DNA of 62,884 nt, the filler included, from Basidiobolus ranarum (Eukaryota): the NCBI GenBank assembly GCA_040143965.1. It is 30 parts of 30 records of this genome, joined end to end, with 100 filler letters (N's around TTAATTAATTAA, not from the genome) between each part and the next. Parts side by side here need not be neighbours in the genome. Positions count along the whole stretch, not along the records: positions 37,842 to 39,839 come from JASJQH010003951.1; positions 39,940 to 41,936 come from JASJQH010003952.1; positions 42,037 to 44,033 come from JASJQH010003953.1; positions 44,134 to 46,129 come from JASJQH010003954.1; positions 46,230 to 48,225 come from JASJQH010003955.1; positions 48,326 to 50,320 come from JASJQH010003956.1; 24 more parts are not named here. One strand, given 5' to 3'. A program made the position numbers and the translations under genes. Under the pieces are notes generated by a model. The model did no database searches. It was not told where the DNA came from and worked only from the letters and a program-made list of their open reading frames with translations. Shown in pieces: positions 37,847-50,420 of the stretch (position 1 is the stretch's first letter; each line of letters begins with the position of its first letter).

Positions 37847-37970
37847 AAGTAAAATAAACTGTTTCCAAAATGGTGAATAATATTGTGCCGGATAGTGCCC
37901 AATCATGCCAATTTGTGCTGGCACACTTTTTAGCTGGCCTGATCTGGCTCAATAAAATGGAACAAGTCTA
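37847..37970 (-). mobile_element. DNA-transposon terminus, possibly hAT (minus strand starts TAGACTTG)
   Basis: A near-identical copy at 56704-56827 ends at the same base with a different copia flank. Confidence 0.55.
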
Positions 37971-39839
37971 TGGTACCTTATATTCCACAGAAAAATGGAG
38001 TTGTAGAACATGCTAATAGGGTCATAGTGGCAATGGCAAGATCAATATTGCACAGTCAAAAGCTAGAGTATCAGTATGTGACTGAATCTCTCTCCACTGC
38101 AGTGTGTATCAGTAACAGATGCCCCACAAGAGTAGTGCTGAATTCATCATATGCTTATTTCTTGGTTACTATGATGGATCCAATGCCTACAGACTGTCTG
38201 CTAACAAAAAATGGAAGTTAGTTAAGTGCAGAGTTGTCATTTATGATGAAGAATTAAGTATTTCACTTCAAATCACAGTTCATGACCCAGAAAACATAAT
38301 CAGCACTATTTGGAAAGTGTCTTATTAATGACAGCTGTATCTGATATTAATTCAACAAATATTCAAGCTCCAAATAGTTCAGATGATGCTTAAGGACCTA
38401 GAATATCATCTAGAAGGAGAAAAAGGCCAGGGGATTGGTGGTAAAATTCCAAAGATGATGTCTATGCTTATGCAGCATTCTATGATGAGCTACAGACTCT
38501 AGATCAAGCTCTGGAGTTTTCAGAATTAGAATGATGGGGAAAGCAATGTCTGATGATTAATTTACTTCAGGACAATATACTGTGGGTTTTAAGTACTCTT
38601 CCATCAGGCCGAAAGCCAATAGGTTACAAAGAGTTCCACAGAGTTAAGAACTAACTGAGGGAACCATAGAAAGGTTCAAAGCAAGATTAGTTACAAAAGA
38701 TTATTCCCAGACTCCACAAGTAGATTTTAACAAAACTTCTCCACCAGTTGCCAAATTTAGAACCTTTATAGCTATCCTGGCACTCTTAGCTGTACATAAC
38801 CTTGATTTACATCAAATGTATGTTAAAACATACTTTGTGAATGTATATACATAGCAAGGTATCCATATTGAGCAACCAGATAGATATGTTGATCTGTTAC
38901 ATATGTAGCAAGTCCTTTCACAGCAATCACTGAATGTTCTACTTTTCTTCTTGAAGTGCTTTCATTGTTGAATTGAAGCATTGTCTTAGAAATGTCTTGT
39001 TGGCAGCAGAACAGGTTTGGTTAGTATCTTTCAAGACATTCTGTACCTTTATGGTGGCTTTCATTCTTGAATATGGAATTAGTGATTTGTCTTTGACATT
39101 AAGACAAATTGGGTTGAAGGCACTTTGTTATTTTTAAATCAGGAGTAAATCTTTGGTTTTAGATTCATTTGCATTGCCATATTGCCTAATTTCTGGAATT
39201 TAAATTAACCCCCCAACCAAAATGGAATTTTGTGAGGCTTGTATATATGGCAAATATGCCAGGCAACCATTCAAGAGCTCTGGTTTAATCAAATCTGTCA
39301 CAAAATTGGATCTAATTCAATCAGATTTGTGTGGGCCTATGCAAAATATATTGTTAGGTGGAAAAAGATATTTAATCACATTTGTTGATGAGTATACAAG
39401 ATACACTTTGGTCTACTTTATGCTAAGAAAAGAACAAGCCTTCTCTATCTTTTGAGATTTTAAAACACTTGTGGAGACTGAAACTGGAACTAAAATCAAG
39501 AAAACATGTATTGATAATGGTGGAGAACATACCTCAACACTATTTAATCACTTTTGCAAAGTTCATCAAATTAAGCAAGAAACTACTGCCCCCTATCCAC
39601 CTCAACAAAATAGAGTTACGGAAAGAGCAACAGGACTATAACAGAAATGGCAAGATTTATGCTTAGTGCACAGAATTTATCTCATAACTTTTGGATGGAA
39701 TCTGTTGCTACAGCTGTATATCTGAAGAATAGGAGTTTACTAGAAGTCTGTCTAACTCTACACCATATCTAGCTTGATCTGGAGTTATACTTGATGTAAA
39801 ATATTTGAAGCTCTTTGGAGGCATTGCTTATGTCAAGAT
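37971..39839. mobile_element. Rearranged copia fragments (B integrase/RT +, gag -, A integrase +)
   Basis: PQKNGVVE, FKARLV, SDLCGP, FVDEYTRY, DNGGE motifs. Confidence 0.88.
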
Positions 39840-40686
39840 NNNNNNNNNNNNNNNNNNNNNNNNNNNNNNNNNNNNNNNNNNNNTTAATTAATTAANNNNN
39901 NNNNNNNNNNNNNNNNNNNNNNNNNNNNNNNNNNNNNNNCCGCAAGACTTTGAATGTCAGAGCTGCCATCACTTGCTCTGATGATGAGTGGTTTAACATT
40001 TTGGAAACTGAGTGGAATCTTGTCTGAAGTCACCTGGATTTGAGCTAATAGGGTGAGAATATGAATGAATTGAACCATATCAAGCCAATATGGCTATGCA
40101 AGCTTTTTATTGACAGATTTTTTTCATTTATAAGTAGTGTAATTACTTGTATTAATAGACTATCATTGTTTTTTTGATATATGAAAATTTCACACTATCA
40201 GTGTTTCATGTAGACATAAGTAAAGGTGATCTAACTAAAACAATTTATGCTATATTTAACTGCAATTCATACCAATTTTGCATGATGCATTAAACAGCAA
40301 AGATAGGAAAATATAAGTACTACCAAGAGCATTCAGCAGTTGCCCAGGTTTGAAGAAATACATGCTGCTTGGCTTCGGTTATTTTTGTTGTCACCTTGAT
40401 ATTTCCATGTAAGGAACTTTGCTTGAGCCTCTCTGCTGGATTGGTTGGTTTGATCCTAATGAAGTTCTTCTAATTGGGCCAGCATCAGTGATGGCTTGAG
40501 GTTCATGTGCTGTGGTATGCATTGGCACATCTGGTCTAGCTTGCAGTTTCTTTGTATTTACAGTCTCTTCTACCAATGTGCAGCCCTCACATAATGGGTC
40601 AAGCAACCTTTGCTGCTAGTGCAAAGTTCTGCATGTTGACATCAATTGCCTCACTCACAAGGTTTATGCTTAACAGTTATTGATTC

Positions 40687-41150
40687 TTCAACCATGGTAG
40701 AAGCATTGTCACTTTCAACTGGTCATGGCTGCTGTTGCATGGCAGTATGTGTTGGAGCAAGTCATCTACCTTGAGGTTTGTGTTTAGCAGTACTTGCCTC
40801 TTCAATCATGGTACAAACTTCATCTCTTTCGACTGGCCATGGCTGTGGTTGTATGGTAGTATGTGTAGGAGCAAGTTGTCTACCTTTTGGTTTGTGTTTG
40901 GTGGCTATTGTTTCTTCAACCATGCTGTAAGCATTATCTCTTTCAACTGGCCATTGCCATGGTTGAATTCAAGTAAGCATTGGAGCAAGTTGTCTTCCCT
41001 GAGGTTCATGTTTGGCAGTTCTTGCCACTTTAACCATGGTAGAAGCTTCATCTCCTGACTGGCCACTATGATCTCTGTTACATGGCAGAATGTGTCAGAA
41101 CATATTGCCAACCTTGAGGTTTGTGATTGACTCTTGTAGCTTCTTCAAGC
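40687..41150 (-). repeat. 114-bp (38-codon) tandem repeat x4 in a decayed ORF of an unidentified element (~40051-41780)
   Basis: Unit starts at 40687, 40801, 40915 and 41029. One minus-strand frame reads VEE..TAKHKPQGRQLAPTHT..QPQP.PVE.D. Confidence 0.8.
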
Positions 41151-42128
41151 TGAGTAAGAACTTGACTACCTCTCTCAGACACCCATTGTCTTGGTCATGT
41201 GGGTGTATGCATTGTCAGGGATTGCTGTTTTAGTAGTCTGCTCTCAAGTGTCAGATCTTCATCCAACAAAGTGGAAGGTTCATTAATTTTTGCAGTTGGC
41301 CTTTGTTGCTGTTGTGTGATAGTACGTGATAAACCGGTATGTCTGTCCAGTGGCATGTTCCTTAGAGCTGACTCTTCTCCAGATGTAAAAAGCTCACTGA
41401 TTGGTTTGGGTGAATCTGGTAATTTGCACACAATGATGGTTGAGAATGCAGGCCATCCCCTTTCTTGTTCTTCATTTACTGCTTGGTCTTCATCAGAAAT
41501 GGGAGAAACATCACAGACTCTTCTAAGCTGGCATTCCTGTCAGTGTGCACTACAAGCTGATGAACCAACTCATTATGCTCTTGCCCTTGTTGGAGGTATT
41601 ATTTCAATCTTAGTGGCAAGTTGTGTAGATTCTTCTTGTGAATCAATCCCTTGTCAGGAGTCTCTTCAATTTAGAGTGATTGAGTACATCTGTGCAATGC
41701 TTGGGACTACTCCAACTTGCCTTTGGGAATATCTTTTGATTCAGTAAATTGTCTGCTTTTCTATTTACACACCTGTTGATTGTTGAAATTAGGTAAATAG
41801 CAACTCATTATTTAGTAGTTGGTTCATTCATATTCTGATTATTTAGCACTCAATTCTGTTATTCAAAAACGTGTGTTTATTGCTCTAATTGATAGAAATA
41901 TCAATTAGATCACTTTTACCAATTTTCACTATTTTCNNNNNNNNNNNNNNNNNNNNNNNNNNNNNNNNNNNNNNNNNNNNTTAATTAATTAANNNNNNNN
42001 NNNNNNNNNNNNNNNNNNNNNNNNNNNNNNNNNNNNCCCCACCCAAACCTCCCCACCCCCACCCCCCCACCCCCCCCCCCCCACCCCACCCCCGCGCCCC
42101 CCCCGACGCCGACCCCCCGGCACACCCC

Positions 42129-43059
42129 TAGGGCGGATGAAAAGCATCAGGTGGAGTGGACTTTATTTAGCTTACGTATTAATCCAAACAAAGTCACAAT
42201 CAAGAAATTAATCTTTTACGATATTGTGACAATACTGGATCATATCCATACCTAACTTGATGTCTAACATAATAAGTTCTGAGGATGTAAATATAGTGTT
42301 AAGGTGCAGAGGTGGTATGCAGAAAGAAAGGTACTTGGCACAAGCTAAATGGACAATAGGACAAGAACCTGGAATAGTAGGCATCAAGAAAGGTGTTATG
42401 GAGGCAAGGTATTGCTTCCATAGATCTAGCTGCAAGTCTATAGCAACAATTTTTGGCTGTTTTGTTTCATACAGTTGTAAAGCTAGTTTGGAAACAAGAG
42501 GATTATCTTGCATCAGTTTCCAGCATGATAGTGGATTTGAAGATGGTATGGCCAGCCACTTCTTGTTCAGTGGATTTCTGCAGTCATTTAGTTGGTGTAA
42601 AAATCTTGCCCTGAGTAGCACCAGTACTAATATGATCTGACAAGAATCAAAATATTCCATTTGGAACATGATCAAAGGGAGTCTCAGGGAAGTCAGGCAT
42701 TAGGAGCCTGTGGCAGTAGCAGATGACTATATCAAACTTAGAGTGGACCCTTTGGTTAATTGCGAGCAGATGCACTCCATATTCCAGAACTGGTATCACA
42801 AACTCCTTGACAAGTCTTTGGCATCCATGATAATATGCATTGAGAGATATGACTGCAAGTAACTTGTGAACAGCCTGTTTAGCAATGCAATTGCAACTGA
42901 CAAGTATTTCTACACATCAATGTCAGCTTGAGTAAGTGAGAAGCCAAGATAGATTGCATGGTTCACTTGAGAGAGGGCAGTATCATACAAGGATATAGTA
43001 CTACAAAGTGGAATGGTTTTAGCAATGGAAAGGTCCAAGTTATTTTCTGATAGGTACCT
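42129..43059 (-). mobile_element. Non-LTR retrotransposon (LINE) 3' part: RT thumb, ORF C-terminus (stop at 42208), ~80-nt 3' UTR ending CCCTA
   Basis: Manual translation gives YLSENNLDLSIAKT...SLYDTALSQVNHAIYLG, then after a frameshift RLVKEFVIPVLEYG. These match the N.L..N..KT, V..YLG and P.LEYG patterns of LINE RTs. AATAAA lies in the UTR. Confidence 0.75.
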
Positions 43060-43400
43060 TTGAATAATAGCAATATCCCAATTTAGTACCTAGTAATCTT
43101 ATATTTGACTAAAATATTACCTGTTGCTCTCAATTGGGATTCACTTGGAATATATTTATCAACTTGGAAGTTCTCTTTTATATGTATTTTGCAAACTTGT
43201 GCTAGAAGTACTAACATTTACACACATGTACCTGGGACCTTTCTAACACATTCTAAATGTTAGTTTACTTACATCTTTACTAAACTACAAATGTGACCTT
43301 TCTAATCAATCAATTAATCAGTGAAAATAACCAATTTCTATAATTCTGCAAACCACTTCCAACACCTCCCAAATACTTCAACAGGCTATGAGCCCCAAGC
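43060..43400 (+). mobile_element. LTR-A plus PBS (43384-43395), cut off at 43401 by a TTAGGG-started segment
   Basis: ...TTCAACA GGCTATGAGCCCCAAGC|TTAGGG. Confidence 0.85.
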
Positions 43401-44133
43401 TTAGGGTAGGGGGATGATAAACACCACTGGGTGTGATATTTATTTAAAATATAGATAAACAACCATTAAACAAATAAGCCATTGTGGCATAGTGTGCTAA
43501 CAATAAAAATTAAAGTTAAGAAATAGAGAAAATAATGAAGTATGGAAATACTGAGGTTAGTTGAAAACTTAGGATAATCATGTTCTGGTAAGGGTCAGGG
43601 AGGGTAAGGATGAAAAGAGGAGGTATGGCAGATATAGTCCTCCCAGTATAAAAAGAAAGCAGAGGGTATGGGGAATGCACTCCCCCATATAAAAAAGAAA
43701 ACAGGGGGTTTGAGGGATGCAATCTCCTATATTTTTTTAATTTTTATTATTTGCAAGTCTCTGAGAAACCAAAGTGCAGTAGTTCTTCATCAGAATCTGA
43801 AAGCATTTAAGTATTTTAATATTACTATAAGTAGACTGGCTACTTTTTAGCTTAATAGTTCACAAATCACTTATTAAGAATATCCATTACATACTATTGA
43901 GAGTAATAAGGAAACTTGATTAACATTATTAATTGGTAATTTAGGGTTAGGGTTTGTGTTAGGGTTAGGTAGTGATTAATAAAAACAGTTGGTGATATTT
44001 TTTGGTATTCGATTGGGTTAGTGTTAGGTATAGNNNNNNNNNNNNNNNNNNNNNNNNNNNNNNNNNNNNNNNNNNNNTTAATTAATTAANNNNNNNNNNN
44101 NNNNNNNNNNNNNNNNNNNNNNNNNNNNNNNNN

Positions 44134-45396
44134 GTGTCACACTACAAGGACTTATAAAAATATTATAAGTGCTTGAGAGGTATTTTCAAAAGTATGAAGG
44201 GAAAAATGCAGTGACAGTATGCAGGAAGTGGCTTCAGAAGAAGAACATTCAACTTGACATTCTGTCTGGTGTTGACCATGCAGATATTTGGGACAAACTT
44301 TATACAGAGTGGCACAATATTGCAGGGGATCTGCAAGATGGCTGGGAGAATGTTGATTCAGCAACATTAATACAATGGTGGGCTTTGATGATGATATTGA
44401 TACAATCTTGTGTTGGATATGAGTTAAACCTTACATATGAAGAGCTTCATGAAAATATTCAACAAAATATATCAAAGAAACTAGGAATTTGAAAGGTGAC
44501 CCATTAGTATTCATGTGGTAAATGTGTAAAGTGTTAGTTACATTTTTTGCACAAGTGTTGATCCATAGTTCTCTGATACTTTAGCCAATCATGTGCAGCT
44601 ATTTTGCAAGATCCTGAAATTTCACTCCTGAAACTGAAAAAATTGATCAAAATCAAATTTAATTTGATAATTTTATGACATTAAGTACATAGTCAATCCC
44701 AAATGGATTAAAATTGTGATGGCTTTCCTACAATCAAAATCCTCAAATTTCTGTTAAGGGTTATATGACTGTGGTAACTGTACAGTGTATTGATTTTTGG
44801 CAGTGTTACCAAGACTTTTAGGTAAAGCACAGCCCATGGACTCAGTGGGCAAAACTAAAGTTAATTTTGTGCACTTATTACAGTTGTTGTTCACCAGGCT
44901 TTGTGCAGTTGGTGGCTCTGTACAGTGACCATGCTTGTCATTATTTTTTCTACCAAGCCACTGGCTTTCTTAGTACAAGAAGTCATGACAATAATAGCAG
45001 GCCTTCTTTAAATGTTTGTGTGGTGGCATGAGAATTATATTGTTGAAAATGAACTCCTCCTACATAAGGGTGGTATTTTAGATATAGCCCTGAAAATTTT
45101 CAGCTGACTCTGAGATGATGTCATAAATGAGTCACTAGGGGATATACAAGATATTTCTGGTAATGGATGGTGATTTTGATTTATTGCAAGCCATTCCTGG
45201 TAATGGAAGATACTTTTGGTTTGTTGTAAGCTGTTCCTATTAATATCACAACATCAAGTTTACTTTCTGAAAATTTCAATGCCATTCCAAAAGCATTCAA
45301 AAATCAAAATCAGATATGGCATCCAAGCAAAAGCCTGCTGCTGCAACAGGAAAAAAACCTGTAAGAACACAGGCCTTAATTGATGAGCAGTCTAGC
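44134..45396. mobile_element. CACTA gene-2 3' part and left end (to 44760) inserted in a second copy (transposase 5' -, gene-2 start at 45316 +)
   Basis: ORF 44169-44492, terminus TGTTAAGGG, and MASKQKPAAATGKK at 45316. Confidence 0.8.
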
Positions 45397-45397
45397 A

Positions 45398-46090
45398 TGA
45401 TAAAAGTGTATAGGGGATTTGGAAGTGTATTGGACCAGATTTGGATTTGTGAATCAGACACTTAAGTTTTATTCAACTAAATTTGTCCTGTTTATGGTTT
45501 ACTATGAAAATAGGACTGTTGGGTGTGTTTAGATCAAAACAAATATTCCTTTCAAGCATGGTTAGAAATCTCATATGATTTGGAGAAGTTTTGAAGAAAT
45601 AGTGAAAAACTGATAAAAGTGATCTAATTAATATTTCTATCAAATAGAGCAATAAACACACATTTCTGAATGGCAAAATTGAGTACTAAGTGCTCAGATT
45701 ATGAATAAACTAACTACTAAATAATGAGGTGCTACTTACCTAGCTTCAACTTTCCCACTCAACACATTACTTAGTATATCTCTTTAATCTAACTTATATC
45801 TTAGTAATTCAAATTGTGCTTTAGCCAAAGGTTTGGTTAAGACATCAGCAATCATTTCTTGAGTAGGGCATTAGACAAGTTCATCTATGTGATTCTCTGT
45901 TGCTTCTCTGACAAAATGATGCCTAATATATACTTCTTTTGTTCTAGCATGAAATGTAGGGTTCTTGGCAAATGAAGCACAACTTTGATTATCTTCAAAT
46001 ACAGTAATAGCAAATTTTTGCATATATCCCAAGTCAGTAAATAACTTCCTTAGCCACATAGCCTCTTGAATACTTGCAGAGCCATCCATA
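45398..46090 (-). mobile_element. Copia B RNase H and 3' LTR-B
   Basis: QEAMWLR, EDNQSC, H.RTK...IRHHFVRE, IADVLTKPL, then GTGGGAAA polypurine tract (PPT) and LTR. Confidence 0.9.
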
Positions 46091-46229
46091 TACCTAGAGG
46101 CAGTTACAGGCTACTGTGTGACTAGAAAGNNNNNNNNNNNNNNNNNNNNNNNNNNNNNNNNNNNNNNNNNNNNTTAATTAATTAANNNNNNNNNNNNNNN
46201 NNNNNNNNNNNNNNNNNNNNNNNNNNNNN

Positions 46230-46775
46230 CATCTCCAGAGACTACATCCCAAAGCTCCCTGTCCTCCAGCATGATTTGCATCTTGAACTTCCAGAAATTG
46301 TAATTTTCTCCATCAAGCTTTTCAACACTTGAGTTAATAAAAGTGGTAGTAGTGGTTTCTGTCATGCTGTAAAGGTTAGAACACAGGGCTCATAACCTAT
46401 TGGGAAAATATGGGCTGTTTGGAGGAACTTTAGAAAAGTGGAGCTGTGAATAGCTTTGTGAGATAATTGTTTATTGTCCAGAAAAAAAGCATTTACACTT
46501 TTTGGTTCAAATAGAGAAAAATAACACTGGGGTTGTATTCAGAACATCTGTGGGAGTAAAATGAGCTATCTTTGGGGCAATGTGGACAAGTTTGAAATTT
46601 CCAATATGGAATTGCTAATTCTCACATTATTCACATATAAATATAATATATGTTCCAAATTTCAGCTAAGTGATATTTGACTAACTAATGTTAACTAACT
46701 TATATGTGATATATGAAATAGTTAGGTGTATAAAGATAGATATAACAAATAAGATAAAGACAATAAACTTCAACA
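46230..46775 (-). mobile_element. Copia family C: LTR-C (46398-46775), PBS (46386-46397), gag start (46365)
   Basis: TGTTGAAG...CCAATA, GGTTATGAGCCC, VEKLDGENYNFWKFKMQ. Confidence 0.9.
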
Positions 46776-48225
46776 ATTTTGATTTAGATTTTGAATGCTT
46801 TTTCAATGGCATTGAAATTTTCAGATGGTAAACTTGATGTAATGAAATTGCTTCGAAACAGCTTATAGTAAACCAAAATTGCCATCCGTTACCAGAAATA
46901 TATTGTAAATGCCCTCATGACTTATCAGTGACACTCTCTCAGAATCAGCTGATGATATGGATGGGCTATACCTAAAAAATCACCCTATCATAGGAGGTGT
47001 TCTTTTTTCCCCAATATCCTGCTCATGCTACAACACAAATGCTTAAAGAAGCCCTGCTATTATTGTCACAAACTTGTGCTATAAAAGCTAGAGGCTTCAT
47101 AGAAAAGATAATCACAAGCACAGTCACTGTACAAAGCCACCAGCTGCACAAGGCCTGGTGTATATCAACAGTAATAAGTGCTCAAAATTGACTTTAGTTT
47201 TGCCCATTTAGTCCACTGACTGTACTTTGCATCAAAGTTTTGGTAACACTGCCAAAAGTCAAGATACTGTGGAGTTATCACAGCTTTATGACAAGAATGA
47301 TGTTGATAGATATGCAACTTTGGTCAAACCAGTAAGTCCAGACAACTGTGAGGACATGCTGCCAGATGTGGACCTTGGTTATTCCAATACTGATGGTAGT
47401 ATATCAGAAGTTGAAGAAGAAAATGATGGTTTTATTACAGACTGTTTGTTATTGGCAAGAATTAGTCCACTCATAACACTTACAGTACAGGAAGCAGCTT
47501 TGATTATTCAGGAGTGAGAGTTCAATCCAATCTTAGCAACCAGGTGTTTATTGGTTTTCTTAAACTTTTATCACAGTTGATTGGCAACTGTTGCTTGCCA
47601 CAGACCTGGTACAAGTGGAAAACACTTGTGAATTGTATGACTTATAATCCTTCAGTAATTAAACTATCTTCATGTCCAAATGGTTGTTTGGCTTTCACCA
47701 GTGATTCAAAAAACCTGCAGTCATGTACTGTTTGCACACAATTGGCAATCACTGAATCAGATAAATATCATTCATATTTGGCTTACATACCATTGATTCC
47801 TTGTCTTAAAGTTTTGATGAAATCACCCAAATATAGATCATGGATCCAATACCAAATTACTCACCATAAAGCTGATGGTATTACCAATATACTTGATGGA
47901 TATCACTACCAGAATCTGAAAAGCCAAGGTTTCTTTGACAACACATATGATCATGCATTTGCGTTGGCTCTGGATGGTTTCTCACTAAACAAGTATACCA
48001 TTGGAAAGGCTTGCTGGCCAATAATTTTAATCAACTTAAATCTTCCTCATTCTTAATGGTATAAGAGTCATAATATTGTGATACTATCCATCATATCTGG
48101 ACCTAAATCACCAGTGCTTATAGATAGCTTCTTGGATCCTTTGATTGTGGAATTGGAATAGTTAGTTAATGGGGTTCAGATGGGTGAATATTTTATTAAA
48201 GCTAATATCATTGTATATATTGATG
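46776..48225 (+). pseudogene. CACTA transposase copy, degenerate
   Basis: Colinear with 35744-37200. Confidence 0.9.
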
Positions 48226-48325
48226 NNNNNNNNNNNNNNNNNNNNNNNNNNNNNNNNNNNNNNNNNNNNTTAATTAATTAANNNNNNNNNNNNNNNNNNN
48301 NNNNNNNNNNNNNNNNNNNNNNNNN

Positions 48326-48420
48326 GGGTAGCTCAGTGGTTAGAGCACCTTGCTAGAGTGAAGGAGGCCCCAGGTTCAAATCCTGGCCAGACCAATATTT
48401 CTCCCTAAATAATTTCAACA
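48326..48420 (+). mobile_element. Second copy of the tRNA-bearing terminus (cassette 48326-48394, end ...AATTTCAACA)
   Basis: A box TAGCTCAGTGG and B box GGTTCAAATCC. Homologous to 33292-33386. Confidence 0.8.
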
Positions 48421-48943
48421 GGCTTTGATAGAAATGAGAGAGGAATAGTGAATTTGTTGAGAAACACTGAGAAATGTCATGATCCTATATTTATTGAGAC
48501 ACACACTAAACCAAAAGTTTCAGTTAACTTTATTTATACTTTTTGATAGCAAAGTGAATTAGTCAGCGCCAAGATATTAGATCACTATTTCTGATAAACA
48601 ATAATGTGATTGGATAGATATATAGATAGATAAATGAGTCATGCATCAGCTGAGGTCTTGGCAGTGAAAGATCATTGGTTATGAATCTTGTGACTCATAT
48701 TGACTTGTATCTAGGAAGATGACTCAGAGGTTAATACTGATTGGATAATGATCATGTGATTGATCATATGATCTGATAGGAGGGATAAGCAAATAGATAG
48801 TTAGTCAGGTGATAGGTTACATGGTAAAGTCACTGGATAAGGTCAGGTGACTAGTTAGTGATAATGATAGACTAAACAGATATTCAAAGAAATTGTACAG
48901 ATATGGCATAAGTTTAAACAACTTTGTATGTTGGTGCACAACA
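48421..48943 (-). mobile_element. Probable LTR of another family (minus strand starts TGTTGTGCACC)
   Basis: TG terminus at an abrupt junction with copia RT; non-coding. Single copy in the window. Confidence 0.5.
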
Positions 48944-50320
48944 CCTTGTACCTTTCTACATTGCCATCAGAGTTGTATTTAGCTTGAAACACTCATTGGC
49001 AGCCAATTGATTTTCTATCATCAGATAAGTTGGTTAAAATCCAAGTTTGATTATCAATCAAAGCCTGTTGCTTGTCAGCCATTGCAGATCTCCAAAATTT
49101 CATGTCAGTGCCATGCTATTTTCTTCATTGTTTTGGTTTGAATCTATTTGAATGATTGGATCAGAAGAAAATTGATTTTTGTCATCATCTGAGGTCATTT
49201 TAGGTGAAAAATGTTCACTTTCCTTAAACAAAGCATCCCTGGACTTGATTAACTTGGAAGTTTTGGTATCATAGAGTCTGTAGGCCTTGGTTTGAGTACC
49301 AAAACCCAGAAATATGCATTTCTTACTTTTTGGTGCAAATCTAGACCAATTTTTGGTCATAATTTTGACATAAGCAATGCATCAAATGATCCTCATATGT
49401 TTACATCAGGTTTAACTCCCAACCAAGCTTGATATAGTGTAGACTTAGACAGACTTCTAGTAAAACTCCTTTTCTTCAGATATACAGCTGTAGCAACAGA
49501 TTCTGCTCAAGAGTTATGAGATAAATTTTGTGCATTTATCATAGATCTTGCCATTTCTATCATAGTCCTGTTAACTCTTTCAGCAGCTCCATTTTGTTGA
49601 GGTGAATAGGGGGCAGTAGCTTCTTGCTTAATTCCATGAACTTTGCAAAAGTGGTTAAATAGTGGTGAAGTACATTATCCATCTTTGTCAGTATGTATTT
49701 GCTTGATTTTAGTTCCAGTTTCAGTCTCCACAAGTGTTTTAAAATCTCTAAAGATAGAGTGAGCTTCTTCTTTTCTTTCCATAAATTAGACCCAAGGGTA
49801 TCTTGTATAATCATGAATAAATGTAAATAAATATATTTTTCTGCCTAAAGATAAATTTTGTATAGGTCCACACAAATCTGAATGAATTAGATACAATATT
49901 TTGAAAGATTTGATTAAACCAGAGCTCATGAATGGTTGCCTGGCTTGTTTTCCATATATACAACCCTCACAAATTTCTATTTTGGTTGGGAGGCTAATTT
50001 GAAATCCAGAAATTTGGTGATTTTTGATTGTTTTGCTCAACTAATCAAATCCTATATGGCCAAATCTCTTATGCCATAATTGAATGGTTTCTTGATTGGA
50101 ATAACTGGTATTTACACATAAAGCTCTTGGACTATATTTAAGTTTGTATAAGTTTGATCCTTTTCTCCCAAAGCTAAATAATTCCAATTTTGACCAGTGA
50201 TGGTGCATCCTGACTTATCAAAATTGAATTTTAGCCCTTCTGAGGTGGCCTTGCATACAGATATTAAATTCTTGGCAATATCTGGAACATGTAGTACATC
50301 CTTAAAAGTATATACTTTCT
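48944..50320 (-). mobile_element. Copia A protease-integrase-RT start, degenerate
   Basis: Same motifs as 12631-14100. Confidence 0.92.
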
Positions 50321-50420
50321 NNNNNNNNNNNNNNNNNNNNNNNNNNNNNNNNNNNNNNNNNNNNTTAATTAATTAANNNNNNNNNNNNNNNNNNNNNNNN
50401 NNNNNNNNNNNNNNNNNNNN

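Noticed and set aside
42037-42128. C-rich tract as a G-quadruplex or regulatory element
   Set aside because: Low-complexity run at a contig edge; likely poor-quality or poly-G read sequence.
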